The notes under the pieces: model-generated | What the model saw: the letters and a program-made list of their open reading frames with translations, nothing else | Database searches by the model: none | What the model was told of the DNA's origin: nothing | Origin: Marsupella aquatica | Lineage: Eukaryota; Plantae; Marchantiophyta | Assembly: GCA_973895155.1 (NCBI GenBank) | Contig: OZ316896.1 | Span: 19,518,754-19,582,753, forward strand | Direction of reading: 5' to 3' | Length of the DNA stretch: 64,000 nucleotides | In this document: piece by piece, positions 47,710 to 60,849 of the stretch | Numbering within the stretch: position 1 is the first letter of the stretch | Layout of the letters: each line of letters begins with the position of its first letter | Position numbers and translations under genes: made by a program

Positions 47710-50700
47710 ATGCTTGCGAGGTCCGAAAGTGGGCTAACAACGATGGGAACCGGTCCGTGCATCGTGGATTTGTCGGATGAAGATGACGACGAGGATGTGG
47801 TGCTCTTGACCGAATTTCCTGCTCATCTTGCTCACCGTGCATCCAGGAAGTCTCAAACTGAAAATGTGGCTTCTGTGTTGAACTCCGATTTGGTCATCTT
47901 AGAATTGGACATAAATCCAGAATTAAACTTTGGAGCGGGACTTCAGAAAGAATCCCAGAAATCGTCACAGAACAGCAGTAGCTTGCTGGACGAGGATGAC
48001 TGCTGTATACTTGACGAGGATCCTTCCAAAGTGGGCATGGTGAAGACGAGTTGTGTTGACAACGACACGGATGATTTGGTGATGACCGGAGAAGTTGGAC
48101 AGGTGTGAAATTAGTGTCATTCCATGGAGTTGTGTAATTAGCCATCAGGCCAGCAAGTCATTTTCGTGCAGCATCACCTTATACTTTCTAAATAAGATGA
48201 TGAATATAACATGCATGCTTACTTTTCATGAGCCCTGTCTTACTTTTACATTGCCGTGAGCTTCTTCGATGCTTCTTTTCCGTGGTTTTTAATCGTTTTA
48301 CCATAAATTCTAGTACACGTTACTTAGCCCAATTGAATGAGTTAACTGAAGAGCACGAGTATCCTTGCTATCAATTTCCCATTTATTCTTTTTGCGTTAC
48401 TTCTTGCTACATTGTCCACTCGCACTGGGCGTGTACACCAATACTTGTCCTATCGTTCCGATTGGAGGATGTGGTTCCCACAGCCGTCTATCTTGTGTCT
48501 GCGAAGCTGCATTTCTTGTCATCTGGCACCTTCCCTCTTATGGCCCGAGTGAAGATATATCCTTATCGCCTTCAGCTGATGTTAAAACAAGAAACTCCGT
48601 TCAAATTCTCTGCTGAGAACGTGAGTCTTCTCGTAAGGCAGAGGACGCCTCACGCCCGATTTTTTTCAACTCTGCATTTGAACAAATATCCTTTTTGAAC
48701 CCAATTGCTGTTTACGATCTTTTCCAGAAGATTCTGTTTACCCAGTCTTGAAGCAGGGAAGCCTAGGTTTCCACAATAATGGTTTAAGAGCATACGCTAT
48801 TTTGTTTCGATCCACGAAAGCTTCCCTAGGACATCCAGACCACGAGTTGCTCTTGGTGTTGAGCAGAAGTTTTAATATCTGATGTTGATTTTGCTGGAAA
48901 CTGTCAAGTAGCGTAATTTACTGGAAAATCGTCCTTGGATCACTTTGTCATTTTTTGTGCCCTACCACGAATCAGTGAAATAATGTTGATTCTGTTTTCA
49001 TACAATTGACCAGCGGCTTCGCTTGCTTGGGAGCTGTTTTAAATGGTCGAAGTTTTCATGCAGGTTGCTTGCCGAGACTTTCCTCATTCAAGGCACTTAT
49101 GTGTCCAGTTGCCATTCAAGACAGCACCGCATCAATTGTTCTGCTCCCAGGTATATCATTGAGGTTTGACCTTTGGGTTCTGCGGGTAGTTGAAAGGTGA
49201 TGGTCACATTGTGTATCTCGCTATGATTGTTAGCTCTGTGATTGCACTCTCCTACACTGATCTCTACTGAATGAATTCAAGCGCTTCCTTGCACCAGATG
49301 GAGCACATTGCTCCATCTCTGTTCGATATATGTAGGATCCCATGTTTTAACTGGGCTCGAAAATAGCAGACTTGACCAGCTATCGTCAGGGTTACTACAA
49401 CCCCCTGCGCATACCAATATCTGGGAAGTTGTGAGTAGGTTATCTGCTGATTGTATCTATCATATCACTTAGGAAATTTGAAAACGGCGGCCTCTTGTGC
49501 TTCTAGGTTATGGATATTCGGGAATCAGATATGGCTAGAGCATTGACCCTTCGTATTGTATTTGGCCCAGAAACTGTGGTGGTCGTTCTGGATATAAACA
49601 ACTGGCCTGATCGCATCCAAAGAGTTTATTTGTAAGCTCCGTCTCATTTCAAAGGGAAGGGAACTTGTGAATTAATTCTTTGCTTGCAAACTTTTGTCTT
49701 GCAGTGTCACTGCTACGTTTGTGACGTCCTCGCACCATGTTCACTCTGGGGAGATGGAACCAGGGGAGGAGACCATTGTCATGCATCTGATAAGATTGGA
49801 GAAAGATGGAAACTCCTTCGACAGTACAACAGAACACACCCTACTGGTTGCTCTGATCCATCGGCTTTACAACATCTACTGTATCCTGGAAAGTCATCAG
49901 CAGGCAAGTCCGACTCCGGTGCTCAAAGGTTTTCATATCCTGCAGGATACGAGCATCTCCTTGTCCAATCAAAAGCGTTCGTTACTCAATTCTTTTCTGA
50001 TCTGTTTAGTCCTGAGAGAGAAAGTCGAGTTTCCAAATTCTTTGGAGCTTTTGCTTCAACTAGTAGCACGAGAGGGTTTTCACTAAGTCCAGCTGTGACT
50101 ACAGGAAACAGTGAGTCAACCTCACTCAGGGAACTGCTTGGGTGTCAACGGGGTGATTCCGCTAGATCACAGCATCCTCTGCAACGATGTGATCCTACTA
50201 GGCCAAAGTATCCTTTGCAAATAACATTGAATGGACCAAACCGTGATCCCAGATCTCACCCAAGGCGTCATCATGCTCAGGGGATTGGTGTCCGAGCAGC
50301 CAAATTGCATAGGTATGTGCACAGAAATGATCCTCATTATTCAAATACATATCGATCATACCAACCTGAAGGATGTGGGGGTTACCAGGCCAGGAGGACT
50401 TCCCAGAGGACTGGCTCTTTTTCAAGCCAACCACCGCATTCATTGTCTAATCCAGGTTCAATGCAAAGGTCTCATAGTGTCTATTCAGCTGTTCTGCCAA
50501 GAAGGTCAACTCCTACTCCTATAACTGTAGAACAAGAGTCTTTTGGAGGTATGGTTCCGGAGGGGCATACGGTTTCGAAAACCGATTATCAGGGGGAGCT
50601 ACCTGTTTCCCATGCATTTCTGTCTTCGCGTAGTCCTGACAGGCCAGAAGATCTGCGGCAGCAGTGTCTTAGTACCGAAACTCCCGCTGCTTCTAACTTT

Positions 50701-50955
50701 GGAAGTTCTGGCCTACGGAGTCAGAATGAGATTGGTGCATACGATTCTCAGGGAGATGAAACAGCAGTATCTGGTAACTCTATACTTGTTGATACACAGT
50801 TTAGTGGAGGCTCTTTTATTGAGAGAATGGCGGAAGGGAGACTGGACTCTCTTCCAACCTCTCCTCCAACCCTATTGGCAGATTATCTTCTCAATGGAGA
50901 TGATTTTTGGAATGACTGTGACTTGCCAGAAAATTTTGTAAAACATGGACTCTAG
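47710..50955 (+). CDS. RIN13: RPM1-interacting protein 13 (RIN13)-like protein
   Basis: Exons 47710-48102, 49064-49150 and 49705-50955 (GT-AG, phase 0). The spliced core DDCCILDEDP...DDLVMTGEVGQ|VACRDFPHSRHLC..PF....H...C.Q|CHCYVCD..APC..W.......HCHA is the hallmark of the RIN13-like family, followed by a long low-complexity tail. The start codon could be 47710 or 47743. Confidence 0.82.
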
Positions 50956-53104
50956 TGTCGATGATACACTGAGACTCTAGGACCTTTGTATATATGATAG
51001 GAACCCAAAAATCTGGTTGCTTTGTCCAGGATGAGCCCCTGTACACTGTACAGCTTGTGGGGCATCAAATAGTTACACAGGCCCACTAATGAAAACGACG
51101 TCGATGACAAGCACCATGAGAACGACTGGAACGAAAAGGTTTATGGTGCCATTCATTTTTCAATGGCCAGAGTGACCTGAAAAAATGATTCTTTCTGAAC
51201 GAGATTAACCATCCAAATCCAAATTGCTCCTTTTTGAAACTGAGTAACAGGCGCAAGGATAGCACGTTTGGACAGAAGATTTACTTGTTTGTGATGACTT
51301 CTGAGAGTCGCTTCTCATGTCTTGCCCTTTGGTAAAATTCAGAACAGAAACCTCCGACTCTTGAGTGGTTCGAGTAGTCTTCACAGTGAAATCGACGTGG
51401 TTTGGCAAATTAGGTGGCTGCTAATGTATCTCAATTCTAGGATCCTCTGTTGTCTTGGTAGTGTGCATTATGCCCATCAGTCGGCCTTGCATGTCTCGTA
51501 TGATACATCTCCCTTCTTTCTAAAGTGCAGTATAGTTTGGGCGGATAGGATCATACTGTGGGGAGCAGATGTACTATCATTTTTGCTATTTCTTGTCACG
51601 CTGTAGTAGGAATGTACACGAATTCAAGTTATTGCAGTAGGTCACTGCTTCCGAATGTACATTGTCAGTGCGCATTTGGGCCAAAATTGGGCGATGTAAG
51701 AAGGTGCCTTGGTGCCAGAGCTGTTTTAATAGCATAAAGCCTCTGTTCAGATGTCTCAGTCAGATTGTTTAGTATTGTAACCCTGGTCGTCATGCTAGGA
51801 TTTCAGTGAACTTGGCAAAGAAATCTGGTGTTGTCTGATCATCACATGTGAAATTCCTTTGGAAATCAGTTGAATTTTGTTTCATATCCCGTCAATTCCA
51901 TTTTCCTGTATTGGAGTGCATTCTTATTTGGACTCGTGGGTCTCCAACTCCGCACTGCAACCAGCCCGGCGCGTTCTTGATTTCTACTCGCAAATTATGG
52001 TTGGCTTGATACTCATTTGTTTATTGTTTAATAATGTCATGGCATATGGCCAATTTTTATGGCAATAAGTAATGAATGATGAATTTTGTTAGTCTAAAAC
52101 TTTTTTTATCCTGAACCTTAACTACTAAGTTCAAGGTCCATCAAGATTTGAGGCTTACAAGCCCTTATTATGGGGACTACCTGTGCATTGCACAAAGATT
52201 ATACAATTGTTGCATAGAAGATGTTACCTAAAAGATGTATTGGACATTGTTGCATAGAAGATGTTGGTACCTAAAAGATATATTGTGTAGAATATTCAAC
52301 GATGTTTCAAAAAGAAGTTGCAAAATGATGTCATTGCCAGGGTAGTTGCACAAAAAGATGTCAATGTGTAAAAGAGGTTGTTATGGCAGAAAAGATGTCA
52401 TTCCGCAAAATGTCATATTGCACCCTTATTTTCTTTCAACTTTGTACTCCAACCCCACCAGCCCCTCCAAATATCTCTAGTTTTCTCAGATTTCTATCTC
52501 CCCAATCTTTCTAAATACTCTCCCCACCTCACACACATTCCCTTAGATTTAAATTTAATCCACCCTGCCCCGCCCCCCCCCCCCTAATTTGACTTTACCC
52601 ACTTGTTTGAGTGTTCTCTAACCCCTAAAGGTAGTCCTAACTCATTTCAACCCCACTCAAATCAAGAAAAAAGTGAACAACTTCCAATGGCCACCCAAAA
52701 TCCTTGGGTGTACCTAGGTAGTATGTTTATTTTTAATTTTAAAAGCTCACTTTCTGTGACAAATCACATGATGTGAGTCCTAATGCCAAACATTCCTGCC
52801 CACCCTTGCTCTAAATGCCCTCTACTGTCTTGAAAGCATTTAGAAAACACATATAGAAAAACTCATGTATTAGAAAAATATGTTTTTACACAAATTAAAT
52901 AACCTCAATTTCTGTTTAAATTATTTAAATATCCTCAATTTGTGCTACGTACACTTTATCCACTTAGCACTATTTAACCTCAATTTGTGTTTTTCCACTT
53001 AGCACTATTTTTCATTATGATCGTTTTCCTTTTGTTGTATGTTGTCACTGTATTTCTCACCAGTACAGTAGAATGTGAATCTGAGAGGCGAAAAGGCGCA
53101 AGCC

Positions 53105-54490
53105 AAGAGAGGAAGGCTTGCGTGCACAAAACCAAATCTTGGGGCCCATAAATGTAATGAAAAAATATGATGGTCTCAATTTGTAAGACTGTCATTTCAG
53201 AAAGAGAGGGGGCTGCTTCTTGTAGTTTTAGATATAGCATACTCAATATGGAACATGAAAAGTTATTTTGTCCTCTAGCAAAAAGTTCAAGTTTTTTCGT
53301 GAAATATTAGTGATCTATTTTTTGTGGCAAATATAAATAGGACATTGCATATAAGGTACAAGAATAAATATACACATGTAAAGAAAAATAATACTGAACA
53401 GCAAAAATTTAAGTCTATGGTATTGGATTCTGCACATACTATACACCAATAAAGATACTTATATATTTATCTTAGGTAATGATACTCAAATGAATTAAAA
53501 CCATAAATTTAGGACACAAATCCATGAATTGAACTTAAAGACATGAGGAGTGCACTTTAATTAGATCATTTCTTCTTCACTAAGGGCTAGAACTTTAGTG
53601 AGCTTTGTTAAAGGGTGGATGATCAAAGTTAAAGGGTGGATGATCAAAAGTATAGCAAAGATTGAAAAATTTAGAGGGGTGCCAGATTAAATTCAAAATC
53701 TAAAGTATACAAGGGATGCACCTTGGTAAGACACATTGAATTAAAATACACAAGAAAAGAAATTTGAATAAGACAAATACTGGAAGATGGATTCAACATA
53801 TAGTAGTTCATTTACCAAAAGTTTCATTCGATATTGCATGTTCATCCTGGAACATGTCTCTTTCTTTGTCTTCTTGTGATATGTAATTCATTTAAGTAGG
53901 GACATGTAAAATATATGCACATAAAATCACATTATGATCAAGAAACTACAAAGGTACTAAAGAGTTGAGTTGTGCACATCAAGTACAGATTTTCACTTGT
54001 TTCTAGGTAATGACATTCAACTCAATTAAAACCATAAATTTTGCAAAGTAAACCATGAGGGGAACTTAATTCACCAGATGTTCACATTGATCAAATTCAT
54101 GTCTTACACTCTCATGAGAAAAAAGAGAATTCACTAAGGAGTGATTGAAAAAGAAAGATTAAACCTTGATGAGGGGAGCCAAATGCATGCAAAATACTCT
54201 AAGTTCACTAAAATTAAGAGGGGTCCTAAAGTTAATTCAAAATCAGATTAATACAAATGATTTACCTTGTTAAGGCACATTAAAATTAAAATACTTGACA
54301 CAAAATATGAATGAGACAAAATCTGAAAGGTGGATTCACCGGTTATAGCACCCTCAAAATTTAGATAAGCCAATCAAGGGAGGCTTGTGTGCAGAAAACC
54401 AATCTTGGGGCCCATAAATTTAATGGAAAAATGATGCTCTCAATTTGCAAGACTGTCATGTCAGAAAAAGAGGGGGGGGGGGAGCTTCTT
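53105..54490 (+). repeat. Nested diverged direct repeats in an AT-rich region
   Basis: aggcttg.gtgca.aaaacca.atcttggggcccataaat...gactgtcat.tcagaaa.agagggg at ~53110 and ~54380. taggtaatga...aattaaaaccataaattt at ~53473 and ~54003, followed by about 300 bp of similar sequence. Confidence 0.75.
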
Positions 54491-54822
54491 ATCCTTTTCC
54501 ATAGTAGCCTGTAATAATCCCTTAATTTTAATTTTAACTATAAAAGGTAAAGGTCCATAAAGTTAAGAGGTTTGAGACCCCCTATTTTGCGCAATAGTTG
54601 CCTCTCAAAACTGGAGATTATGGCCCAAAATCCTATGTAAAAAGAGTACATTGCTACATTGAAAACCTCCATCGCTGTCAGTTCCCAGAGAGAAACTCTC
54701 CCACAGAATTGTTGTGTTCTGCGAGAACTCGAGAAGATGACGAGGATGAGAAGGTGAGCCTTGAGTTGCGAATCCCCACATGAAAGCTTGGAAGAAATTG
54801 CGGCAGGAGCAAAGGAGGGAGA

Positions 54823-57800
54823 ATGATGTTGCCCTTTGGCATGCCAAGTGCGACCGCCGCAGCAGCAGCAGCTGACGAGAAGCTGAAGAAGGCCAGCAGC
54901 AGTCAATCCGTGGAGGTCCGAAGCGATGGCCGAAATCCGAACCAGCTGCGCCCTCTGCTGTGCTCTCGGGGACTGCTCGAACGAGCCCACGGCTCTGCGC
55001 GCTGGGCACAGGGTGAGCAATTCCATTTCTCTCCGCTCTGGACTCGACCCTAACCCCTAACCCCTAAACCCTAAACCGTAAACCCTTATCGAATGGTACT
55101 CGATTTGAGGCCAATTTGTCAACTTTTGGGTGATAGTTCTCACTTGCATGGCCCCAAGAGAGCGAATGTATGTCTGTAGGGTTGTGTGTGGGACGATTTC
55201 GCCGACCGGGGCTTTGGTTTTGGTGCAGATAACACAACAGTGGTGGCGGCAGTTTATGGTCCGAAATCTGTGGGCGGCCGGAAGGAGAATCCAGAGCGTG
55301 CCACGATTGAAATCATATGGAAGCCGAAGAGTGGCCAAGCAGGTGATATTTGTCTATCTTTACTCCCAAAACATTATCCCAACGTGCTGCCAAACCCAGG
55401 GTACTTTTTCAGAGTACCAAAGCATTTGGCAAAATGTCCGACGAAGGCTTTTAACAGCTGTTTCAATAGAAATTCACTTACGGCAGACTTCACTAAAGCA
55501 GACGTCGATTTGTACGAAATGTGAATCACTGCCAGGAGGGAGGAATGCTATCCAGGCTTTTGGGTTTGAGACTTTCATGAGAGGGAATAGTGCAGAGCGG
55601 AAACCTGATAGGAAGGAAATCACCGATTTGCTTAACTATAAATTCTCGCCGATTGTTTAACAGCTTCCAGTCCATTGGAATTTTAGAAATGTGCAATCTT
55701 ACTTGACAAAGGTCAGCATGATGTATGTGAAAAAGTATCCTGAGGGTTCAGAAAATCCTCTCGTTCTTCTTCTATGTGAGTGCAGGAGGTAGAGGAAATT
55801 GAGAAATGGTAGCCTTAATGATAAATGAATTGAGTTGACTGAATGTACTTCTAGGTCGAGCCTATTGTGGCAACACCTTTTTTCAAGAGAATTGGTCTAT
55901 GGATCTGCAGTAGGTATATGGCATCAAAGGAAGTAGTTTCGAGCTCAGAGTATAAGCCCCGTAGGCGAAGCTCGTGCACATTGTTGTCTTCAGGATGGCA
56001 GATACGTTAAAAAGAAACCTCATAGTGACACCATTGCTCGGTGTTCTAATGGCAGGCAATGCTGAAAAAGAAGCTGAGGTCGTCATAAGGAGAACATTGG
56101 AGTATATAATTTTGTCGTCAATGTTCCCCAACACTGGTATCTCCGTGATTTTCCAGGTCTCTGAATCCTCGTTGAGAGCCTCATAAACAGACCTCTTGCT
56201 ATTGAAAATTCAAATATATTTGTTGCTTGCTATGCAAAGCTCGAGAAGGCGCTGACATATGACCCATACCGAGATGACCAAACCCATCTCTTTAAGCTTG
56301 TCCCTGCAATCAGATTTGACCCTAGCACACTAGCTTAGTCTTCGTTGGCAGTTGCACGTATCTTTTCAGTCGTCCACTGTCTTGAGCAACCACACCTTTT
56401 AAACAGTTTATGTCAGGGCTGAGAGTTCTGATCTTCTTATGGATCTTATTTGACGAAGCAGCTGTGCTCATTATCTTGGTTCTGTTGCAGGTTATCAATG
56501 ACGATGGAGCTGTATCCTTACCTGATGAGCAATTTCGTTTATGCAGAGTTTATTAGTCTGGAGGAACTTCTAAGGATAACTTATTGGTAGTTATTGAAAC
56601 TATTGTGAAATAGGAATTCTTGTTTCGAACGGGAGATATTTAAATCAATATGTGTCATCCAATGTGATCAGAAAGCTCCTCTCCAACGTATTGAAAGCAT
56701 GATTCCATTCTATATGAAGGACGTTTGTTCGTAAGGGGACGGGGTTACTCGTATAGCTAGGTGAATTTGGATGAGTTGAAAAGCAAGAGTGGGGTCTATC
56801 TAGTGGTAGACTGGGGACTAGGCTAATGATCGAAAGGGAGAAGCCTTAACAGATAGTCGGACAAGGTTCTAGCCTGCGCAATAAATGCGGCATGTGCAGC
56901 TTTGCTTGATGCTGGAATCCCTCTCAAAGGCCTCATGGGTAAGGCCTTCATTTTAAGTTTTATCCCGTCTCCTTTGGGATCTTCTATTAGGATTTCTATT
57001 ACCTCAGGTTGATGCAATATCGGAGGAAGACACTAAGGGCAACTTTGCATCACGCAATTCCTGTTTCAATGAATAGTGCAAAGGCCCTAAAGAACAGGGG
57101 CACATATCGCTTACACAAGTCTCTTTTCCAATTTCCAGGTGTTGTCCATTGTTTTCTCTATCAGTATTCGGAAGTGCAATGAAGTCATGTTGATTAGTAA
57201 CTTTGTTTGTGTGGACATTTGCAGTTGCTGTAAGCTGTGCTGTGACTGCTCTTGGGGAGGTTGTCCTGGACCCTACAAAGGTGGAAGAGCAAGTGAGTCG
57301 CGTCACATTTCCAAGTGCCTGCAGTTGCTAGACCTGGCAGATAGTGCTTCTGACCATGTTTAATTGACAAGAAGTAACAAACCTTTCCTCACGTAATGCA
57401 GAAGTTCCGTGCACAAGCTTGCCTTGTGTTTCTCAATCGTCCTAAATCTGTGGTACCTGGACTGCCAGCTCCTGTGGATGATGAACCTGCAGAGCATGGA
57501 ATGTTGACATGTGTGACTCGTGGTGCAATGTCTGGTATTGATCTACTCTTGGGCACTGTCTTATGTTACCTCTATATTTTGCTTTCAGGGAAGTCGAAAG
57601 ATCGTGGATTCATCACTGACATGGTCTAAGAATGTCGTTGCTAGTCAGTATGCAATGGACAGCATTTGTAGAACAAATTTGGCAGATAGCTGAAGTTGGC
57701 CATAGAAAAACAGCTTGTTCTCATCTGCTCATACACTTTTGACGAAGCAACTTTACCTGTTTGTGTAACAGTAAATGAATATCTAACGTGCTTGGAAAGA

Positions 57801-57866
57801 GGGCGATTAGCCAGCGGCATTATCGCGGAGTTTTCACGTACAAGCTTAGAAAGTTGCATGGTTTGA
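54823..57866 (+). CDS. RRP46: Exosome complex component RRP46 (RNase PH-like, EXOSC5 homolog)
   Basis: Exons 54823-55012, 55229-55342, 56056-56156, 56491-56511, 56866-56938, 57225-57292, 57402-57534 and 57772-57866. Translation: RSDGRNPNQLRPL..HGSARWAQ/DNTTVVAAVYGPK..EIIWKPKSGQ/..FPNTGISVIFQ/VINDDGA/VLACAINAACAALLDAGIP../..VLDPTKVEEQ/..EHGMLTCVTRGAMS/..YLTCLERGR. The start may be 54841, and a final mini-exon 58028-58054 is possible. Confidence 0.92.
55048..55086 (+). promoter_or_regulatory. Telo-box / short interstitial telomere-like repeats in RRP46 intron 1
   Basis: ccctaacccctaacccctaaaccctaaaccgtaaaccct contains AAACCCTA, a motif common near the 5' end of plant ribosome-biogenesis genes. 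Confidence 0.6.
56512..56865 (+). other. U12-type (minor spliceosome) GT-AG intron
   Basis: 5' site GTATCCTTA. Branch-like GCCTTAAC at 56843-56850, about 15 nt before the AG at 56865, with no polypyrimidine tract. Removal joins DDGA|VLACAINAAC in frame. Confidence 0.88.
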
Positions 57867-59699
57867 ATCCTCCCACCCACCTGTACCGTTAAATGGTCTC
57901 GTTGCCATAATGATAGTTTGGTTGATGGGACCTCCAGGGTAGAGAGTACAATGAAGTGTTTTAGCGAAAATGAGTAATCTGCACGGATCTTACAGCTGCT
58001 GACTTGTGATGTTTCGTTCTATTGCAGCGGGGATCAGAGATGATGAACTCATAACCAGCTGTCGCCACAATTGATGCAATCCAATTTAGAACACTTGTTG
58101 GTTACATTCACTCCGAAAGGTTCCTGTTCTACAGGAGGATTCCAACACAAATACAACTTGACGGTGGTGGCGGTCTGCCACCACAGGTGAAAAGCTCGCA
58201 AAATTCCACAAAGAAAAGTTCAAAGTGAATCATACAACGTTGCACAACGGTGAAAGCAGCAAGGTCTGAGCTTCAGTATGCACTACTGCTAGTTCTTAGA
58301 AAAGCTCTCTGATCCAGGGATTTAAGCGAACAAGAAATTTTCCTTGTAAGTTGAAAATTTAAGCACAATGAGAATTCTTGTTGCAGGCCTAGTAGTTTCT
58401 TTTCTATTCCAGGAGGCCTGGTACTTTTAGGACGTGTCCTCACAAGGCAAGGAGATCGTTGAAAGTAATATATTTCATCTGATTCTAAGGCAAACTGAGC
58501 TGTTTGCTGGACAATTCAGATACAATACAGTAGGGATGGATGATACATAGATTGACAGAAGGTGCTCTGCAACACTAAGTTATGGTGCACCGTACATTTA
58601 TGCATACATGTCATAGTGATGAAAAAACTTGTCTTTCTCTAGTCCATGTCTCCCCGGAGCTGTCTGGACAATGCCACCGAAACGTGGAACATGAAGTTTT
58701 GTCATCTATACATCATTTCTACCCTGTACGGGGATGAATTAAGGCATTGTGTCTGGATTACATTTGTCTTGTTATCTCCTGGGAAAGGTATGGTCAATGC
58801 TCAGAGTTTCCAACTGAACACTAGAGGATATTGTCAATCATCAAAACTGCTGTGTACAAGTAGTTGCACCTGATTTCAGCTCATTGCGTTTGCATTAGAA
58901 TAATCATCAGGATTGCACCTAAGATTGGAGCACATTGAACTGATATGTATGGCTGGCAGTTGGAAGCCTCGGATTATTCCAACATGGTAGTATCGATGAC
59001 ATCATTTGGGACTCGAGGGCTTATGATCAAATGACAGGAAGTGACTATGTGTGAGTAAACTTATGTCAAGCATGAGTATGATTGAGGATATGTATGGTAC
59101 AGTTTGATTGATGTGTCGCATGGTAACAATCAGGCCTGATGTAATGTCAGGATGTGATGTCTATGTCGATGTGCATAAGTTTTGACCATTCTCTCGCAAA
59201 GAATAAGCTTGGAATGAGTTGTTAGTGACTACGAAGCTTATACTTCCAACACGAATTGCGGAAAACATGAGTAATGGGTTCCTGTGGTATCAGAGGTAAA
59301 CTGTATAGTAAGCTTACATACACACCTTGCAAAATACATCGTAACATATCACACTACGTCACATATTGCCCTAACCTTGACCAACATATCAGCACTACTA
59401 TCAGCAACTCAACAGCATCTCTGTCCATCCCAGCATTCCATCGTCGCAAATCCCCCAAGGAGAAAACATGGATTCATCAACGAAAAAATGCAAGAAATTG
59501 GCATGCTAGAGTGATGATTGTGTGAAAATGGAAAGGAGCTTGTGTGGAGACCACCTGGGAGACAGGGCAAGAGCTGATGGGCAATGTCTCTATCAATAGC
59601 TATCCAGCAATTGTGATCAATTGACATACAATTGAACCATGCTCACCAGGCAGATCATTTACGCCACTTATCATCACTTGTTGTATGTTGTCTATGGTT

Positions 59700-60120
59700 T
59701 GTTGAGCAAATCGTGACTGTCAATGGCATGCACGTTACCATCAAACGAACAAACAATCAACACAAAAAAAGTATGTGGTTCACCTCTGATGATGTCAATG
59801 AGAACACACAAAAGTATTACTGCACTCTAGGCTTATTGATCATATCAAATGTCCATGGCACAAGTTCCTCCTATCTCTCAAAGAGATTATGTAACAATGA
59901 GCCTAATAGTTCCCCCTCACAAGTGAGCACTGGCTTGTGTATATAGGACACAACACAATTAACCATTATTGAGTCTACAACAATGGTTAGACAAACACAT
60001 CATTTGAAATTGTAGCCACTGGTTTGAACCCCACATGTCGGCTTCCATTTTGTGGTAGGTCTTTACAAACAAGTCACACATCCCCATCATTCACAGAGAC
60101 TAGACTTTGATGTAGTATAT
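59700..60120 (-). mobile_element. Very old LTR remnant related to the copia family
   Basis: tgttgagcaa...tgtggttcacctc...gaacacacaa...actgcactctaggc...cctatctctca...taacaatgagcct is colinear with the young LTR. The right boundary is uncertain. Confidence 0.65.
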
Positions 60121-60599
60121 TGTTGGCTGGACTAGAGCGACAATTCTTGTGGTGCTACTCCTCCATTCACAACCTCAGGACTTGAATGTCCTGCATTGTA
60201 GTTCCTTACTATACATAACACATTCCAAAGATCAAAATGCCAAAACCAGAAGACAATCCGATAGGCAACAGACCCAATAAATGGGGGAAAGAGAAAAGGC
60301 AAGATCTCAAGAAGACCAAAGAGGCCCAACAAGTTAGGGCCAGGGTCCCCAACAGCCTCCAAAACTCTACTCAGTTAATGGCAGAAAATTCAAAAGCTTG
60401 GTAGAGCTTTGGAGTAAAATGCACAAAGAAGATCACACCGAGGGATAGATTTGTCTAGAGGCCTAACACCTACAGCCCCAATTCTACAAGGTATGGCAAA
60501 AGCCAAAGCTCTGGACACCCTCTATCTAAACAAGACCGCAAGGACCAAAACAAGAGGATAAGACAAGGCCTCGATCTACTCAGTTCAAACGACTGCAAA

Positions 60600-60845
60600 A
60601 GCCCACAGGGGGTTTCACTTCCATGACAAAGGCACATCACTTGTAACAAAGGATAAAGTTCTTGCGTTGGTTCTCACTTAATACTTAAGAGTTTCTTAAA
60701 ACGAACATTACCAACTTTTAGATCTAATTTTGAGGCTTATAAAAACATTAGGGCCTTTTAAATCATGAGTGAAAATATGTTTCTTACATTTTAGGGGGTT
60801 GGAGTTCTAAAAACATTGCAGGTGATGGGGAGGCCTCCATACAAT
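60600..60845 (+). repeat. Dispersed repeat homologous (inverted) to the sequence interrupted by the copia element
   Basis: ttcttacattttagggggt...ctaaaaac.ttgcaggtgatggggagg.ctcc (60781-60838) is the reverse complement of ggagacctccccatcacctgcaac.tttttag...accccctaaaatgtaagaa (12575-12634). gggggtttcactt (~60608) matches the reverse complement of aagtgaaaccccc (~19423). Confidence 0.65.
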
Positions 60846-60849
60846 GAGA

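Noticed and set aside
48228-48698. 156-aa ORF within the RIN13-like locus
   Set aside because: It lies inside intron 1 of the coding region, has T-rich intron-like composition and shows no protein motif.
55048-55086. Telomere or chromosome-fusion scar
   Set aside because: Only about 5 degenerate units inside a first intron, which fits a telo-box rather than a telomere remnant.
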